Made by a program: the position numbers and the translations under genes
Source: Escherichia phage ESCO5
DNA: 64,000 nt
Direction: 5' to 3' (one strand)
Sequence record: NC_047776.2
Part shown: piece after piece, positions 46,562-55,773 of the stretch
How the letters are laid out: each line of letters starts with the position of its first letter
How positions within the stretch are numbered: the first letter of the stretch is position 1
The notes under the pieces: model-generated
What the model was told of the DNA's origin: nothing
Databases searched by the model: none
Seen by the model: only the letters and a program-made list of their open reading frames with translations

Positions 46562-46753
46562 TTAACTGTCAGCTACAATCCCACGTTTAATCATTTCTTG
46601 TTGGATTTGGATGACACGATCTCGTGCTTCCATATATTCTTTAAAAGATTCTTGGAGATGGTCACGAGCTACATCCCGTAGTTTAATCAGCTTGTCGTTT
46701 GTCACTTCTTGAAGAGAGATCTCGCCAGTTTCATTGGTCCCAAGCGTTTTCAT
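46562..46753 (-). CDS. hypothetical small protein
   Basis: 63 aa ORF. Confidence 0.45.
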   Translation of the reverse strand: MKTLGTNETGEISLQEVTNDKLIKLRDVARDHLQESFKEYMEARDRVIQIQQEMIKRGIVADS

Positions 46754-47009
46754 TTACAACCTCCTTAATAGCTACTGCACAGTTCTTACAAATACATTGA
46801 CCTTTGTTCTTAGAAATTTCAATGTAAGGTTCATTTTCGTTTTCTCCGCGTCGTGAATCGTATATTACAGTATTGAAGCAGACAACGCAAATGTTTTTAA
46901 TAACAACATATTTTTGCACTTTTTGTTTAGTGCGAAAATTTACTTCAATGACTTCTCCCATCAGTGAATCTCCCCTAAAATGTTGTTTTGAGACATTACT
47001 GCGGAGCAT
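46731..47009 (-). CDS. small zinc-ribbon protein
   Basis: 92 aa; CVVC...CICKNC cysteine pairs. Confidence 0.45.
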   Translation of the reverse strand: MLRSNVSKQHFRGDSLMGEVIEVNFRTKQKVQKYVVIKNICVVCFNTVIYDSRRGENENEPYIEISKNKGQCICKNCAVAIKEVVNENAWDQ

Positions 47010-47245
47010 TCTACAGCATCATGAGTCCTTGCAAAACGCTCCCACAGCACAGCATCTACTTTAAGAACCACACAAGGATAAATACTGTCGTTGATCATAT
47101 CAATGCTATATTTATCTACATCCTTTTCATCTTCCATAAACAAAGTAGCGTATGCTTCCAAATGTTTACGGGTGTAGTATACGTCCTCTTCGGTAAGACC
47201 GACAACCAGGTAACTTGCTACAACAACAGTATTATCTTCTTGCAT
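46961..47245 (-). CDS. hypothetical protein
   Basis: Start moved to internal ATG behind GGGGAG RBS just downstream of hydrolase stop (track start 47308 overlaps hydrolase gene). Confidence 0.45.
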   Translation of the reverse strand: MQEDNTVVVASYLVVGLTEEDVYYTRKHLEAYATLFMEDEKDVDKYSIDMINDSIYPCVVLKVDAVLWERFARTHDAVECSAVMSQNNILGEIH

Positions 47246-47246
47246 T

Positions 47247-47768
47247 TTAACTCCCCTTTGGTAGATAGAAACCATGCACTTTATCTCGATAAACAAGACG
47301 CATATCACGCTCCCAGTGTGTCCTTATATTCCGTTTCTTGAAGTATAGAGCACCTTTAGTAACATCTAAAACAGACCGCAATTCAGGAAAATGTTTCTCT
47401 AAATAAAGTAAACGCTCCGCTATTGCTTTTGCTTCCTGCCATTTATCTTTCTCTGTCACGTTAAAAGTTTTCGCATATGAGAATTGCCCTTTCTGGAACA
47501 AGACTCCCTTGACTGTGTTAGGGAAGTAGGCATCATTTCTTCTGTTGATTACCACATTCCCAACGGCATTCATTCCTTTTTTACCCAGACCGCGACCTTC
47601 TGCGTAAATTGCACAAGCTAATAGAATTTTATCATTATATTGCTTTGTACATTTGTGAACTACTTTAGCGGTTTTTACGTTTGCAGCTTCGGCTTTCGCC
47701 ACAACAGGTGTAAATGTAAAAGCAGTTAAGGATAGTAACGCAACTGTTACAAAGTTTTTTATCAGCAA
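47247..47768 (-). CDS. secreted cell-wall hydrolase (SleB/CwlJ-like)
   Basis: 173 aa; TTG start with AGGAGG RBS; N-terminal signal peptide ending VVAKAEA; core ILLACAIYAEGRG...AVGNVVINRR...FPNTVKGVLFQKGQFS matches SleB-type hydrolase family. Confidence 0.75.
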   Translation of the reverse strand: MLIKNFVTVALLSLTAFTFTPVVAKAEAANVKTAKVVHKCTKQYNDKILLACAIYAEGRGLGKKGMNAVGNVVINRRNDAYFPNTVKGVLFQKGQFSYAKTFNVTEKDKWQEAKAIAERLLYLEKHFPELRSVLDVTKGALYFKKRNIRTHWERDMRLVYRDKVHGFYLPKGS

Positions 47769-47800
47769 ATTTTGCCTCCTTTTTAAGTTAACGAATTTCT

Positions 47801-47829
47801 AGTATAACACGATAGAGGCTTTATTGCAA
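47801..47829 (-). promoter_or_regulatory. sigma70-type promoter for hydrolase gene
   Basis: On minus strand TTGCAA, 17-nt spacer, TATACT, about 30 nt upstream of the hydrolase start. Confidence 0.5.
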
Positions 47830-47849
47830 GAGGGGGATTTCTCCCCCTC
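47830..47849 (-). terminator. stem-loop / terminator after TerD gene
   Basis: GAGGGGGA-gaaa-UCCCCCUC on minus strand followed by UUGCAAU. Confidence 0.5.
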
Positions 47850-47864
47850 AAAATCATTTGTTAA

Positions 47865-48467
47865 TTATGGACATTCATACCATTCTTTTTTACCACCGAA
47901 GGCCATTACCACATCGCAAATATCCAGACCAGCTTTACCTACACCATATGCTTTCAGCTTCCATTCTCCATCTTCACGAACCAGGGAAGCCACGTGGCAG
48001 ATTGTGTTGCCAGCTACTTCAGGAGCCAGGAAGTCAAAATCCAGAATTTCCACATTACGCTCGGAGTCGAAGATTTTAAGCATACCTTCAGAAGCATGAC
48101 CAAAACGTTTCAGACCTGTATCATCATCAATAGTCAGAACAAAGGCAATCTCTTGTGCATCAGGAGAGATTTTAGCCAGAGTAATATCAATCTGCTCCAT
48201 GCTGCCAGTTCCATCACGAACATCGTCACCAGCAAAGGTAGAACGTTCAGGATCAAACTTATTAGCATAGCAAACCAGATGACGTGCAGACAGCATTTCA
48301 GGATTGCCAGCGGCATTGTGACGACAAACCAGTGCACTTACATCCAGATCCAGTTTAGAATCAGATTTCCAAGAGAACTCCAGGCGTAGTTCTTTCAGAG
48401 CCGGAGCAACTTTCTTCAGGGAAATTTTTTCGCTAGAGCCTTTTTTCAGGGAAATTTTATCAGTCAT
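47865..48467 (-). CDS. terD: TerD-domain protein
   Basis: 200 aa; aligns along its length to E. coli TerD: ISLKKG..ISLKK start, LDLDVSALV, GDDVRDGTG, IAFVLTIDD, GEWKLKAYGVGKAGL. Confidence 0.9.
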   Translation of the reverse strand: MTDKISLKKGSSEKISLKKVAPALKELRLEFSWKSDSKLDLDVSALVCRHNAAGNPEMLSARHLVCYANKFDPERSTFAGDDVRDGTGSMEQIDITLAKISPDAQEIAFVLTIDDDTGLKRFGHASEGMLKIFDSERNVEILDFDFLAPEVAGNTICHVASLVREDGEWKLKAYGVGKAGLDICDVVMAFGGKKEWYECP

Positions 48468-48482
48468 CTTTTGTCTCCTCTA

Positions 48483-48752
48483 TTATTTAAGTGTAATACC
48501 AGTTACAGTCAATTCTACTTCCAAAAGCTTAGATGTGTTTTGGATTGATACTAATTGTGCATGATGGTTTAGTTCTACAGCAGAATAATCATTTTCCCCA
48601 TCATCTACTTTTAAATAAACAATGATTTCACTAAGGTCTAAACCATTTTCGTCAAATGCATTTTCATAGACGAAAGTATCTCCTACATCCAAATCTTTAA
48701 TGGTAAGGCATCGTTTATTTACTTTTTGCTCATCAATTTCGAAGTTTAACAC
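48483..48752 (-). CDS. hypothetical small protein (DLDVGDTF family, paralog B)
   Basis: 89 aa; shares IKDLDVGDTFVYENAFDENGLD...VTGITLK with paralog A. Confidence 0.55.
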   Translation of the reverse strand: MLNFEIDEQKVNKRCLTIKDLDVGDTFVYENAFDENGLDLSEIIVYLKVDDGENDYSAVELNHHAQLVSIQNTSKLLEVELTVTGITLK

Positions 48753-48981
48753 TTCTTCCTCCTAATATTATCTCCGGTTTATATATACGAAGAATTATAG
48801 CATTTTCATTTTCTTTGTCAACCCATTCTTCATAATCAGGCCATACATGAATCTCTACTCTACTTACAATATCTTCCATTCGCACAGTCCCAATGAAATA
48901 CTCTTTGAGACTGCACATAATGAAAGCTTCTCTCTCGCGCCAATAATTTTCTATGACTTGAGAGGCAAGCTCGTCGATCAT
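48733..48981 (-). CDS. hypothetical protein
   Basis: 82 aa ORF between vWA gene and paralog B. Confidence 0.45.
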   Translation of the reverse strand: MIDELASQVIENYWREREAFIMCSLKEYFIGTVRMEDIVSRVEIHVWPDYEEWVDKENENAIILRIYKPEIILGGRSVKLRN

Positions 48982-49772
48982 TTTTTAGCACCTACTTTAA
49001 CAACCCACTCTCCGAACTCTTCAGATAAGAGTTTGTCATAAAGCTCTGAATCTGTCAAGTCTAAATCTTTAATGCCAATAAAACCAACATTATCATAAGC
49101 ATTTGCCAGTTCTTTCAGGAAGCCAAACTTCTCATTACCAACGCCAACCATGAACCAATAAATAGGTTTATTCTTATTCTCTTCAATAAGACGACGAACA
49201 GCACTAGGATCACCATTCTCACCATCCGTCTGGAAGAATACAACACCAGGGGTAACGTCAGCACCTGGTTCAGACACAGCTACAACCTTTTCACGCTCTA
49301 CAGATACTGTTTCAGTTTTACCAAGCAGACGATTAAAGAAGCCTTTCTTTGGAGCCTCTTCTTGTACCACTTGTTTAGTGGTAATATATTTGGTAACAGT
49401 GCCAAAATACTCATCGTAGATATCTGCCATTACAGGGGCGTAATTTGTTCCACCTCCGATACGAACATTACGCATACATTTACCAACATAGTCATCGTAA
49501 ACGTCTGCTGTTGCTGGAGTAAGCTCTTGGGAACTCGTATTGAAGGCCCACATATCAATTTGTTGATTATCGTCGAACAGCATACCAAAAGGAAGCAGTT
49601 TACCTACAAAATCACTCACTACCCCACTAGAATATAGACCATGCATACTACCAGAAATATCTAGAGCACATGCTACACGAAGAACAATCTTACCTTCATT
49701 CAGGTTCTTATTCTTTTTCAGAGAGAAAGCAAGGTTTTCTTGACGTTTTTTCAGGCTGATTTTATCGGACAT
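48978..49772 (-). CDS. vWA-domain protein (TerY-like)
   Basis: 264 aa; MIDAS motif in VLRVACALDISGSMHG; GGGTNYAPVM; N-terminus MSDKISLKK resembles TerD start. Confidence 0.7.
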   Translation of the reverse strand: MSDKISLKKRQENLAFSLKKNKNLNEGKIVLRVACALDISGSMHGLYSSGVVSDFVGKLLPFGMLFDDNQQIDMWAFNTSSQELTPATADVYDDYVGKCMRNVRIGGGTNYAPVMADIYDEYFGTVTKYITTKQVVQEEAPKKGFFNRLLGKTETVSVEREKVVAVSEPGADVTPGVVFFQTDGENGDPSAVRRLIEENKNKPIYWFMVGVGNEKFGFLKELANAYDNVGFIGIKDLDLTDSELYDKLLSEEFGEWVVKVGAKK

Positions 49773-49773
49773 A

Positions 49774-50052
49774 TTATTTCTCCTTCTTAAGTGTAATGTT
49801 GGTAACTTCTAAATCTACTTCCACCATATTTGTATCTGGCGGGATGCAATGAGTATAGCCTCGTTGTGCTAGTGATCCATTAATACAAATCGCACTGTTT
49901 GTGGAATTTTTAATGAACACCAAGTTACGGTAGGTATCCAACCCTGCGTCTTCATAGGCATCATAATACATGAATGTGTCCCCTACGTCAAGATCTTCGA
50001 AAGCAATAGGTAAATCCTGACCTTTTTCTTCTTGAATATTGAATCTAAACAC
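49774..50052 (-). CDS. hypothetical small protein (DLDVGDTF family, paralog A)
   Basis: Start moved to GTG behind GAGGAGG RBS, giving 92 aa; FEDLDVGDTFMYYDAYEDAGLD...VTNITLKKEK. Confidence 0.5.
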   Translation of the reverse strand: MFRFNIQEEKGQDLPIAFEDLDVGDTFMYYDAYEDAGLDTYRNLVFIKNSTNSAICINGSLAQRGYTHCIPPDTNMVEVDLEVTNITLKKEK

Positions 50053-50608
50053 GCATACCTCCTCTACCAATTTTGAAGCCCAAATCGTAAGCTTCCTTAG
50101 TAATCTTTTGTAACTCACTTATAGGAAGTGTTACAAGAGGATCATCTTCTTCAATTTCCATCTTGTCATCTTCTGTTTCAATGAGAGTATTATGCACTTT
50201 GTGATAAGGGTTGTCAACACGTTTAAACTTATTCTTTTCTGTGCTGAAAAAACAATCTGGATCTTCTTCACCATCACCCCAACCTTGATTAGGATCTCCG
50301 TCAGATTGTTCTGTAGGGATTTCACCTGTAAAGTACTCTTCCAGCACCATAGCAATACCGTCCCTTGGATTTGAGGAATGCATTAAATCACAAACCTTAC
50401 CCCAATCCATAGCCCATTCGAACCGTTCACGAACGCCATTTTCATCCTCTTTTCCAGAGAAAACACAACCATAACTATCATAGTTGCCATACATCTCTTC
50501 AATAACAACACCGTCTTTCAAAAGAAAGAGGTAGCAAGGTGATCCGTCGAAAGAAGTAGAAAGGGCAGCTTTGCCCGATTCTTTGCACAAAAAACTAAAA
50601 CAACCCAT
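50045..50608 (-). CDS. hypothetical protein
   Basis: 187 aa acidic protein. Confidence 0.5.
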   Translation of the reverse strand: MGCFSFLCKESGKAALSTSFDGSPCYLFLLKDGVVIEEMYGNYDSYGCVFSGKEDENGVRERFEWAMDWGKVCDLMHSSNPRDGIAMVLEEYFTGEIPTEQSDGDPNQGWGDGEEDPDCFFSTEKNKFKRVDNPYHKVHNTLIETEDDKMEIEEDDPLVTLPISELQKITKEAYDLGFKIGRGGMRV

Positions 50609-50811
50609 TACAAACCCTCCTTCAGATTATCAAGAGCTACAGTGGTTTCACAAAATTCTCCATAAGCTTTATGATGTTCCAGAAAAGCTTCGGGTCCACC
50701 CCAGTCATTATCTTGTGTATTCCAACCATCAATAAAAGCATCTTCAATGATTGTGATCAGTTCTTGTCGGGTTAACTGGATAATATTAGGATCGTTATCG
50801 TAGTTAAACAT
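50608..50811 (-). CDS. hypothetical small protein
   Basis: 67 aa ORF; start overlaps upstream small ORF stop. Confidence 0.45.
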   Translation of the reverse strand: MFNYDNDPNIIQLTRQELITIIEDAFIDGWNTQDNDWGGPEAFLEHHKAYGEFCETTVALDNLKEGL

Positions 50812-50977
50812 CTTCTTCCTCCTCTAAAATATGAAACCCGTAATTACAATAGTCCTGAAAGGTTTCGTGCGCAAGATCTTCTATATCCTCTTGAGACATA
50901 TCATCTTCAATTTCGATATCCACAACCTCATTGCATCCACACCAAGCAGTTTCAATATTCACTCGTAATATTTTCAT
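50804..50977 (-). CDS. hypothetical small acidic protein (not in ORF track)
   Basis: About 57 aa; ATG overlaps upstream stop (TAATG) behind GAGGAGGAGGAG; fills 165-nt gap. Confidence 0.35.
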   Translation of the reverse strand: MKILRVNIETAWCGCNEVVDIEIEDDMSQEDIEDLAHETFQDYCNYGFHILEEEEDV

Positions 50978-51174
50978 TACTCCTCCTCCTCATTGAAGTC
51001 AATATCTGCAAGGAGTTCGAATTTACGGAAGTTACGACAACCTTCATAAATATAACAATCACGACAAACTGCTAGAACACTTGGGGGATATATGCCTCCC
51101 ATCGGTGCGAATCGTTTTTCGTCATCATAACGGACACCAATGTCTTCATCAATTATATAGATACGGATTCTCAT
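50977..51174 (-). CDS. hypothetical small protein
   Basis: 65 aa with Cys pairs. Confidence 0.45.
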   Translation of the reverse strand: MRIRIYIIDEDIGVRYDDEKRFAPMGGIYPPSVLAVCRDCYIYEGCRNFRKFELLADIDFNEEEE

Positions 51175-52283
51175 TTACCAAGCCCTCGTTTCACAGCAGC
51201 TACCATCCCGTCTTCCAGAGATTGAACTTCATTAATATAATCAACACGAGCAGCACGGGCTTCCGTATTGATGCGGTTAGTTTCTTCCAACATCTTAACC
51301 AAGTTTTCCTGATCGTGACGCAGAGTTTCAATATCCAACACTTGACGGTTAGCCAGTGCTGCTGCTTCGATCTGATTCTGTGTGGCAAGATCGCTACCTA
51401 GTTTAATTGCCAGGTTAAATTCATCAAGAACGTTATTCTGCGTCTCTGCTGCTTTCATTTGACGTAAGCTCTCGATATACATTGAGAAGTTAGCAGAGTA
51501 AGCAGGAATAACATTATTTACTATGTTACGCGCAGATCGCATTAAGCTTGCAGAAACTTTTTGCATACCTTGTACACGCGGTCCCATTTGGACACACAGT
51601 AGGCGCAACGCCTTTAAATCTGCAATACGAATCTCCAGGAGATCCAAAGTATCTCGGATCACTTGTCGCTGTTCTACGGCATCTTCTGGAAGAGCAGCCA
51701 AAGCTTGTTCTTCTTTTTCATAGGTTGCTGTTAGAAGCTGCATATCTCGGTTCAAACTTGCAGCATATTGTCCAATAGCTTGGTGTAGCTTTTCAAGATA
51801 TACCAAGGAATCTTCTTCTTTGCGAATATCCATTTGAAGGTTCTTTACCAACTCTTCAATACGGTTATTAACATTATCAAACTCCCCAAACAGGTCTTCT
51901 TTCATACCCATAACTTTTTTAATGAGTTTAGTAATACCCTTGCTTTGTTTAATAGAGTTTGGATCAAGTTGTTTTGCCTGTTTAATCAAGGCTGTGAGTC
52001 GTTCACTCATCTGATCGCCTTGATTACTACGTTGATGTTTTAACACCTCGGCATTCAAGGAACGCAAGGTTGTTCCTGCCTCTGCCCCAATCTCTTCGAT
52101 CTCTTGTCGGGTCATAGAAGGTAAAACTGGAACTTCTTGCGGTGCTGCTGGTGCATAAACAGGACTGGCATCTAACACACTTGGAGCAAATACAGATTTA
52201 CTTGCATCTGTTGTTGCAGCGAATACACTCATTTCAGACTTCTTCTGACCACCAGTAGCTGCTTTTAAAAATGGACTTGTCAT
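51171..52283 (-). CDS. TelA-like (toxic anion resistance family) protein, candidate
   Basis: 370 aa helical/coiled-coil protein; assignment rests on size, composition and linkage to TerD/TerC; not motif-verified. Confidence 0.4.
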   Translation of the reverse strand: MTSPFLKAATGGQKKSEMSVFAATTDASKSVFAPSVLDASPVYAPAAPQEVPVLPSMTRQEIEEIGAEAGTTLRSLNAEVLKHQRSNQGDQMSERLTALIKQAKQLDPNSIKQSKGITKLIKKVMGMKEDLFGEFDNVNNRIEELVKNLQMDIRKEEDSLVYLEKLHQAIGQYAASLNRDMQLLTATYEKEEQALAALPEDAVEQRQVIRDTLDLLEIRIADLKALRLLCVQMGPRVQGMQKVSASLMRSARNIVNNVIPAYSANFSMYIESLRQMKAAETQNNVLDEFNLAIKLGSDLATQNQIEAAALANRQVLDIETLRHDQENLVKMLEETNRINTEARAARVDYINEVQSLEDGMVAAVKRGLGK

Positions 52284-52870
52284 TCTTCATTCTCCTCTTC
52301 TGCATCTCTTATATATGGTGAAACACCGTACTCTTTAGCTACTTTAACCCAATCATCCCATTTATACAACCATAATTTTCCTTCAGTTCCTTCTTTATCT
52401 GATTTCAACCACATGTTAGGTTGCTTGCCTGGGTACATGCGATTAGGTTTACGATTATAACCTCTAACACATCTTGTCGCAAACCTATCTACCAGAACAA
52501 GAACATATTTATATTCGTGGTTCAACGGCTCTTTGGAAGTGGCTTTAGGATTAGCTCCTAATTCTGCTGCCAGTTTTTGCCAATGAGCACCGTGTCTACT
52601 AAACTTACCCATACAACCATCAATAGCATGAGCAATTTCGTGCTTCATTGTATCCACGATCATATCTCTTGTAGAGTTCTTATGCAAGTGCCAATTTACA
52701 ACAACAATTTTATCTCGGTAGTTGCACCAACCGAAAGAGTTATTAACTTTGTTTCTAACACAAGCTTTATATCCTGCTTCACGTAACATGTTGTAGTAAA
52801 CAGGAAAATCTTCTTTTATTTCCTGCATCACTTCCCACCACAAGAGTTGCAAGTCTCTCTCGGTATGCAT
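52280..52870 (-). CDS. SprT-like zinc metallopeptidase
   Basis: 196 aa; HEIAHAIDG (HExxH) followed by RHGAHWQKLAAELG, as in SprT/WLM family. Confidence 0.55.
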   Translation of the reverse strand: MHTERDLQLLWWEVMQEIKEDFPVYYNMLREAGYKACVRNKVNNSFGWCNYRDKIVVVNWHLHKNSTRDMIVDTMKHEIAHAIDGCMGKFSRHGAHWQKLAAELGANPKATSKEPLNHEYKYVLVLVDRFATRCVRGYNRKPNRMYPGKQPNMWLKSDKEGTEGKLWLYKWDDWVKVAKEYGVSPYIRDAEEENEE

Positions 52871-52873
52871 AAC

Positions 52874-53467
52874 TTACACCTTAAAAGCGAAATGCGTGGT
52901 CGTGGCTTCAAAATCAGGGCCAGATAAACTTGCACTGAAATCTGAAATATTTGTAATTAAAAAGCTTTTATGCATACCTAACACAGCCACGCTTTCAATA
53001 TCTTCTACTAACATTTCAATCATGTTAGAAACATGGCTGAACGTAGAGTTTTGTTTTTTGATGGTGTAGAAAGAAAGATTCCCACCTGCTATATAAGACA
53101 CCTCTTCAAAATCTTTAATCGTATATTGTGTGCCATCAGTAAAGAAAATGGTAGCTTTATTAGTAGCACGTTTCTTGTTTTTTGGTCCTTTTTTACGTTT
53201 ACTGCGAGTAGGCAAACCGTTTGGAAATACCGTAGCTACAAATTCTTCAGGAGAAACCTCCTTACCGAAATCATAACCGTAAGAAACAGCGTCTATAAAC
53301 TCGTCGTCTTCATTTTTAAAATAATGAAAATAGGGCCAATTTGAGAGATTATCGAGCATCTTATGCTCATCCACAGCAGAGAACGTATCCCTCAAAGCAC
53401 GTGTGATTTGCAAAGCATTAGGCAAACTTTTAACACCTGTAATGGAAGTACGAATAGAAATTGTCAT
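52874..53467 (-). CDS. hypothetical protein
   Basis: 197 aa ORF. Confidence 0.5.
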   Translation of the reverse strand: MTISIRTSITGVKSLPNALQITRALRDTFSAVDEHKMLDNLSNWPYFHYFKNEDDEFIDAVSYGYDFGKEVSPEEFVATVFPNGLPTRSKRKKGPKNKKRATNKATIFFTDGTQYTIKDFEEVSYIAGGNLSFYTIKKQNSTFSHVSNMIEMLVEDIESVAVLGMHKSFLITNISDFSASLSGPDFEATTTHFAFKV

Positions 53468-53481
53468 TGTTTTTCTCCTTA

Positions 53482-53919
53482 TTAACGTCGCTTGCTACGA
53501 GATGAACTCTTTTTACTTAAAGGACTATTGTAAGATTTACGAGTTGTATAGCTACTATTTGTTTTAAAAGTTTGTCTCGGCTTTTCATAAGTTTTTATCT
53601 CTTGTTTAGGCTTACTATAAAAATTAGTTTTCGGTTTAGGTGTATTATAATGCTTATTAATAATCGTTCTGTTATCGTTATAATCCCCACTGCTACGATT
53701 ACTACCGCCACTCATCATATGCCCTAACAACATACCTGTAGCAAACTCACCAACACCGCTACTACTAGAACCGCCACCATTGTTGATAATAGTTGTATCT
53801 CCGTCAGATCCTTGTTGAGCGTATTGTTGAGGAGGTTGTTGGTATTGTGCAGGATTTGTTTCATCCTCGCAAGCTGTTAAAAAGATACAACCAATTAAAA
53901 TCAGGGCTAGTTTTTTCAT
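53482..53919 (-). CDS. predicted lipoprotein
   Basis: Start moved to ATG behind GAGGA RBS; MKKLALILIGCIFLTAC signal peptide with lipobox LTAC; Gln/Pro/Gly/Ser-rich mature part; basic C-terminus. Confidence 0.55.
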   Translation of the reverse strand: MKKLALILIGCIFLTACEDETNPAQYQQPPQQYAQQGSDGDTTIINNGGGSSSSGVGEFATGMLLGHMMSGGSNRSSGDYNDNRTIINKHYNTPKPKTNFYSKPKQEIKTYEKPRQTFKTNSSYTTRKSYNSPLSKKSSSRSKRR

Positions 53920-54106
53920 ATTTGCTTTCCTCGTTTTGGCTATTAATACATCTGTGTTTGAAATCTCCAGAGAAGCAATAAAGTTGCTCTCCATCTCGGT
54001 ATAAACTCACTTTACTGCCGTTGATTACGCTTGTCAATACAAAAATTACAACAAACAACCCTATTGCAAAACAAATATTTTCAAACACAACCAACAAGTA
54101 TTTCAT
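53861..54106 (-). CDS. small membrane protein overlapping lipoprotein gene start
   Basis: 81 aa; N-terminal TM FAIGLFVVIFVLTSVI; ATG overlaps upstream TGA (ATGA); 3' end overlaps lipoprotein start in another frame. Confidence 0.4.
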   Translation of the reverse strand: MKYLLVVFENICFAIGLFVVIFVLTSVINGSKVSLYRDGEQLYCFSGDFKHRCINSQNEESKYEKTSPDFNWLYLFNSLRG

Positions 54107-54453
54107 TTTAAAAATACCTCATCATCAGTTTCATTATCCCAGAAGAACAAGTCCCAACCATTCGGATCATTCCATTTAGCTGCTGGAGAAGTCCATATTT
54201 GCTCGATATCAATATTCAAAACTTCACCGTTTCGTTTTGAAACAGCTTTAGTTAATTCCCAACGGGATACAGGCTCCACTTCCCCTGAACCACTCCCACA
54301 ACAAGCTACCACATTAGGAGGCAAATTAATTGGATCTTTGGTCACAATCATAACGCTTACCCCAGGGTAAACTTTTGAAAGATAATCTAAAACGTAATCC
54401 ACATCACCAGATAAATCCCAAACAAGTTCTTGAATTTCATCAAAATTATTCAT
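54103..54453 (-). CDS. hypothetical acidic protein
   Basis: 116 aa ORF. Confidence 0.5.
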   Translation of the reverse strand: MNNFDEIQELVWDLSGDVDYVLDYLSKVYPGVSVMIVTKDPINLPPNVVACCGSGSGEVEPVSRWELTKAVSKRNGEVLNIDIEQIWTSPAAKWNDPNGWDLFFWDNETDDEVFLK

Positions 54454-54495
54454 AAGTCTCTCCTATAAAATAGCCTCCCGAAGGAGGCTCATCTA

Positions 54496-55470
54496 TTAAA
54501 CAGCAGCTTCTTCTTTTTCAGGGAAGATAAAGCTTGCAATAACACCAAGAGATAATGTGCCTAGAACAATCATCAGACTTACGTTAGGGGAAATATCATG
54601 CGGGAGGAATGACCACTTGGCATGAAGTGTTTCACCGAACGGGTGATACATAAGTTTAGCACCAACAAACACCAGAACCACAGCAACAGCTTTCTCTAAG
54701 TGAACCAGATATTTCACAGCTACACTTAACACAAAGAAAAGTGCACGTAAACCAAGAACAGCCATCAGCATTGCAGAATAAACTAGCAGAGGTTCTTGTG
54801 TCACACCGATTACAGCCGGAACTGAATCAAAAGAGAAGACAATATCTGTAAGCTCAATAACAAACACACAAAGAAGAGCAGGAGTTGCATATTTAATACC
54901 ATTCTTAATGGTAATGAACTTTTCACCATCTAGTGCATTGTGCACAGGCAGAACTTTACCTACTAAACGAACAGCCCAATGCTTAGAGTAATCAATATCC
55001 TCTTCTTCGTCACCACCTTTGATGATAGCCACGGCAGACCAAGCTACAATCAAACCGAACAACACTTGGACCGACCAATGAAGGTTAAACAAAGCGGTCC
55101 CTGCTGCAACAAAAATACCTCGGAAGACAATGGCTCCTGCAATCCCCCAAAGTAAAATCTTATGTTGAAGATGTGTGCTCTTAATTCCAAAGCTTGCAAA
55201 AATTGCCATGAATACCATCAGGTTATCTACAGAAAGACTCTTTTCCAACACATAGCCACTTAGGAAAAGCGCGGCAAACTCTTTACCATGTTCTACCCAA
55301 ATGAATGCGTAATATCCTAAAGCTAAAGCAATCCAAAAAACAGACCAAAGCAAAGCAGATTTAATTCCAATTTCTTTATTCTCTTTATGACCAAAGAAAT
55401 CGATACCAATAGACAATGCCAAAATACCAACTAAAACAACTACATCAATAATTGGGAAACCGAGTTGCAT
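54496..55470 (-). CDS. terC: TerC-family integral membrane protein
   Basis: 324 aa polytopic membrane protein; LEKSLSVDNLMVF and ELTDIVFSFDSVPAVIGVT duplicated TerC signature. Confidence 0.8.
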   Translation of the reverse strand: MQLGFPIIDVVVLVGILALSIGIDFFGHKENKEIGIKSALLWSVFWIALALGYYAFIWVEHGKEFAALFLSGYVLEKSLSVDNLMVFMAIFASFGIKSTHLQHKILLWGIAGAIVFRGIFVAAGTALFNLHWSVQVLFGLIVAWSAVAIIKGGDEEEDIDYSKHWAVRLVGKVLPVHNALDGEKFITIKNGIKYATPALLCVFVIELTDIVFSFDSVPAVIGVTQEPLLVYSAMLMAVLGLRALFFVLSVAVKYLVHLEKAVAVVLVFVGAKLMYHPFGETLHAKWSFLPHDISPNVSLMIVLGTLSLGVIASFIFPEKEEAAV

Positions 55471-55551
55471 TCTTTTCTCCTCTCTTTGCGGGGAACTATT
55501 CCCCGCTTCATTTGATATATATCTTACTCTTTTTAAGAACTATGTCAACAC

Positions 55552-55773
55552 TTATTTTGTTGAATGAGAGGAAAAGATTCCTCGTAATACCGCCAGAATA
55601 AACGAAACACAAACCACGGTCCAGAAGGTTACTGGGACAGTGATATCTGCATGACCCATAACTTCAGCAACATAGTTGTAAGCCAGCAACAGTAACCAAG
55701 CTGGAATCAAACTAAGCATAAAAGCAATAACAAAAAAGCTTACCACCGCAATAATACCTGCAAAAACACCCAT
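55552..55773 (-). CDS. small membrane protein
   Basis: 73 aa; 2-3 hydrophobic segments. Confidence 0.45.
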   Translation of the reverse strand: MGVFAGIIAVVSFFVIAFMLSLIPAWLLLLAYNYVAEVMGHADITVPVTFWTVVCVSFILAVLRGIFSSHSTK

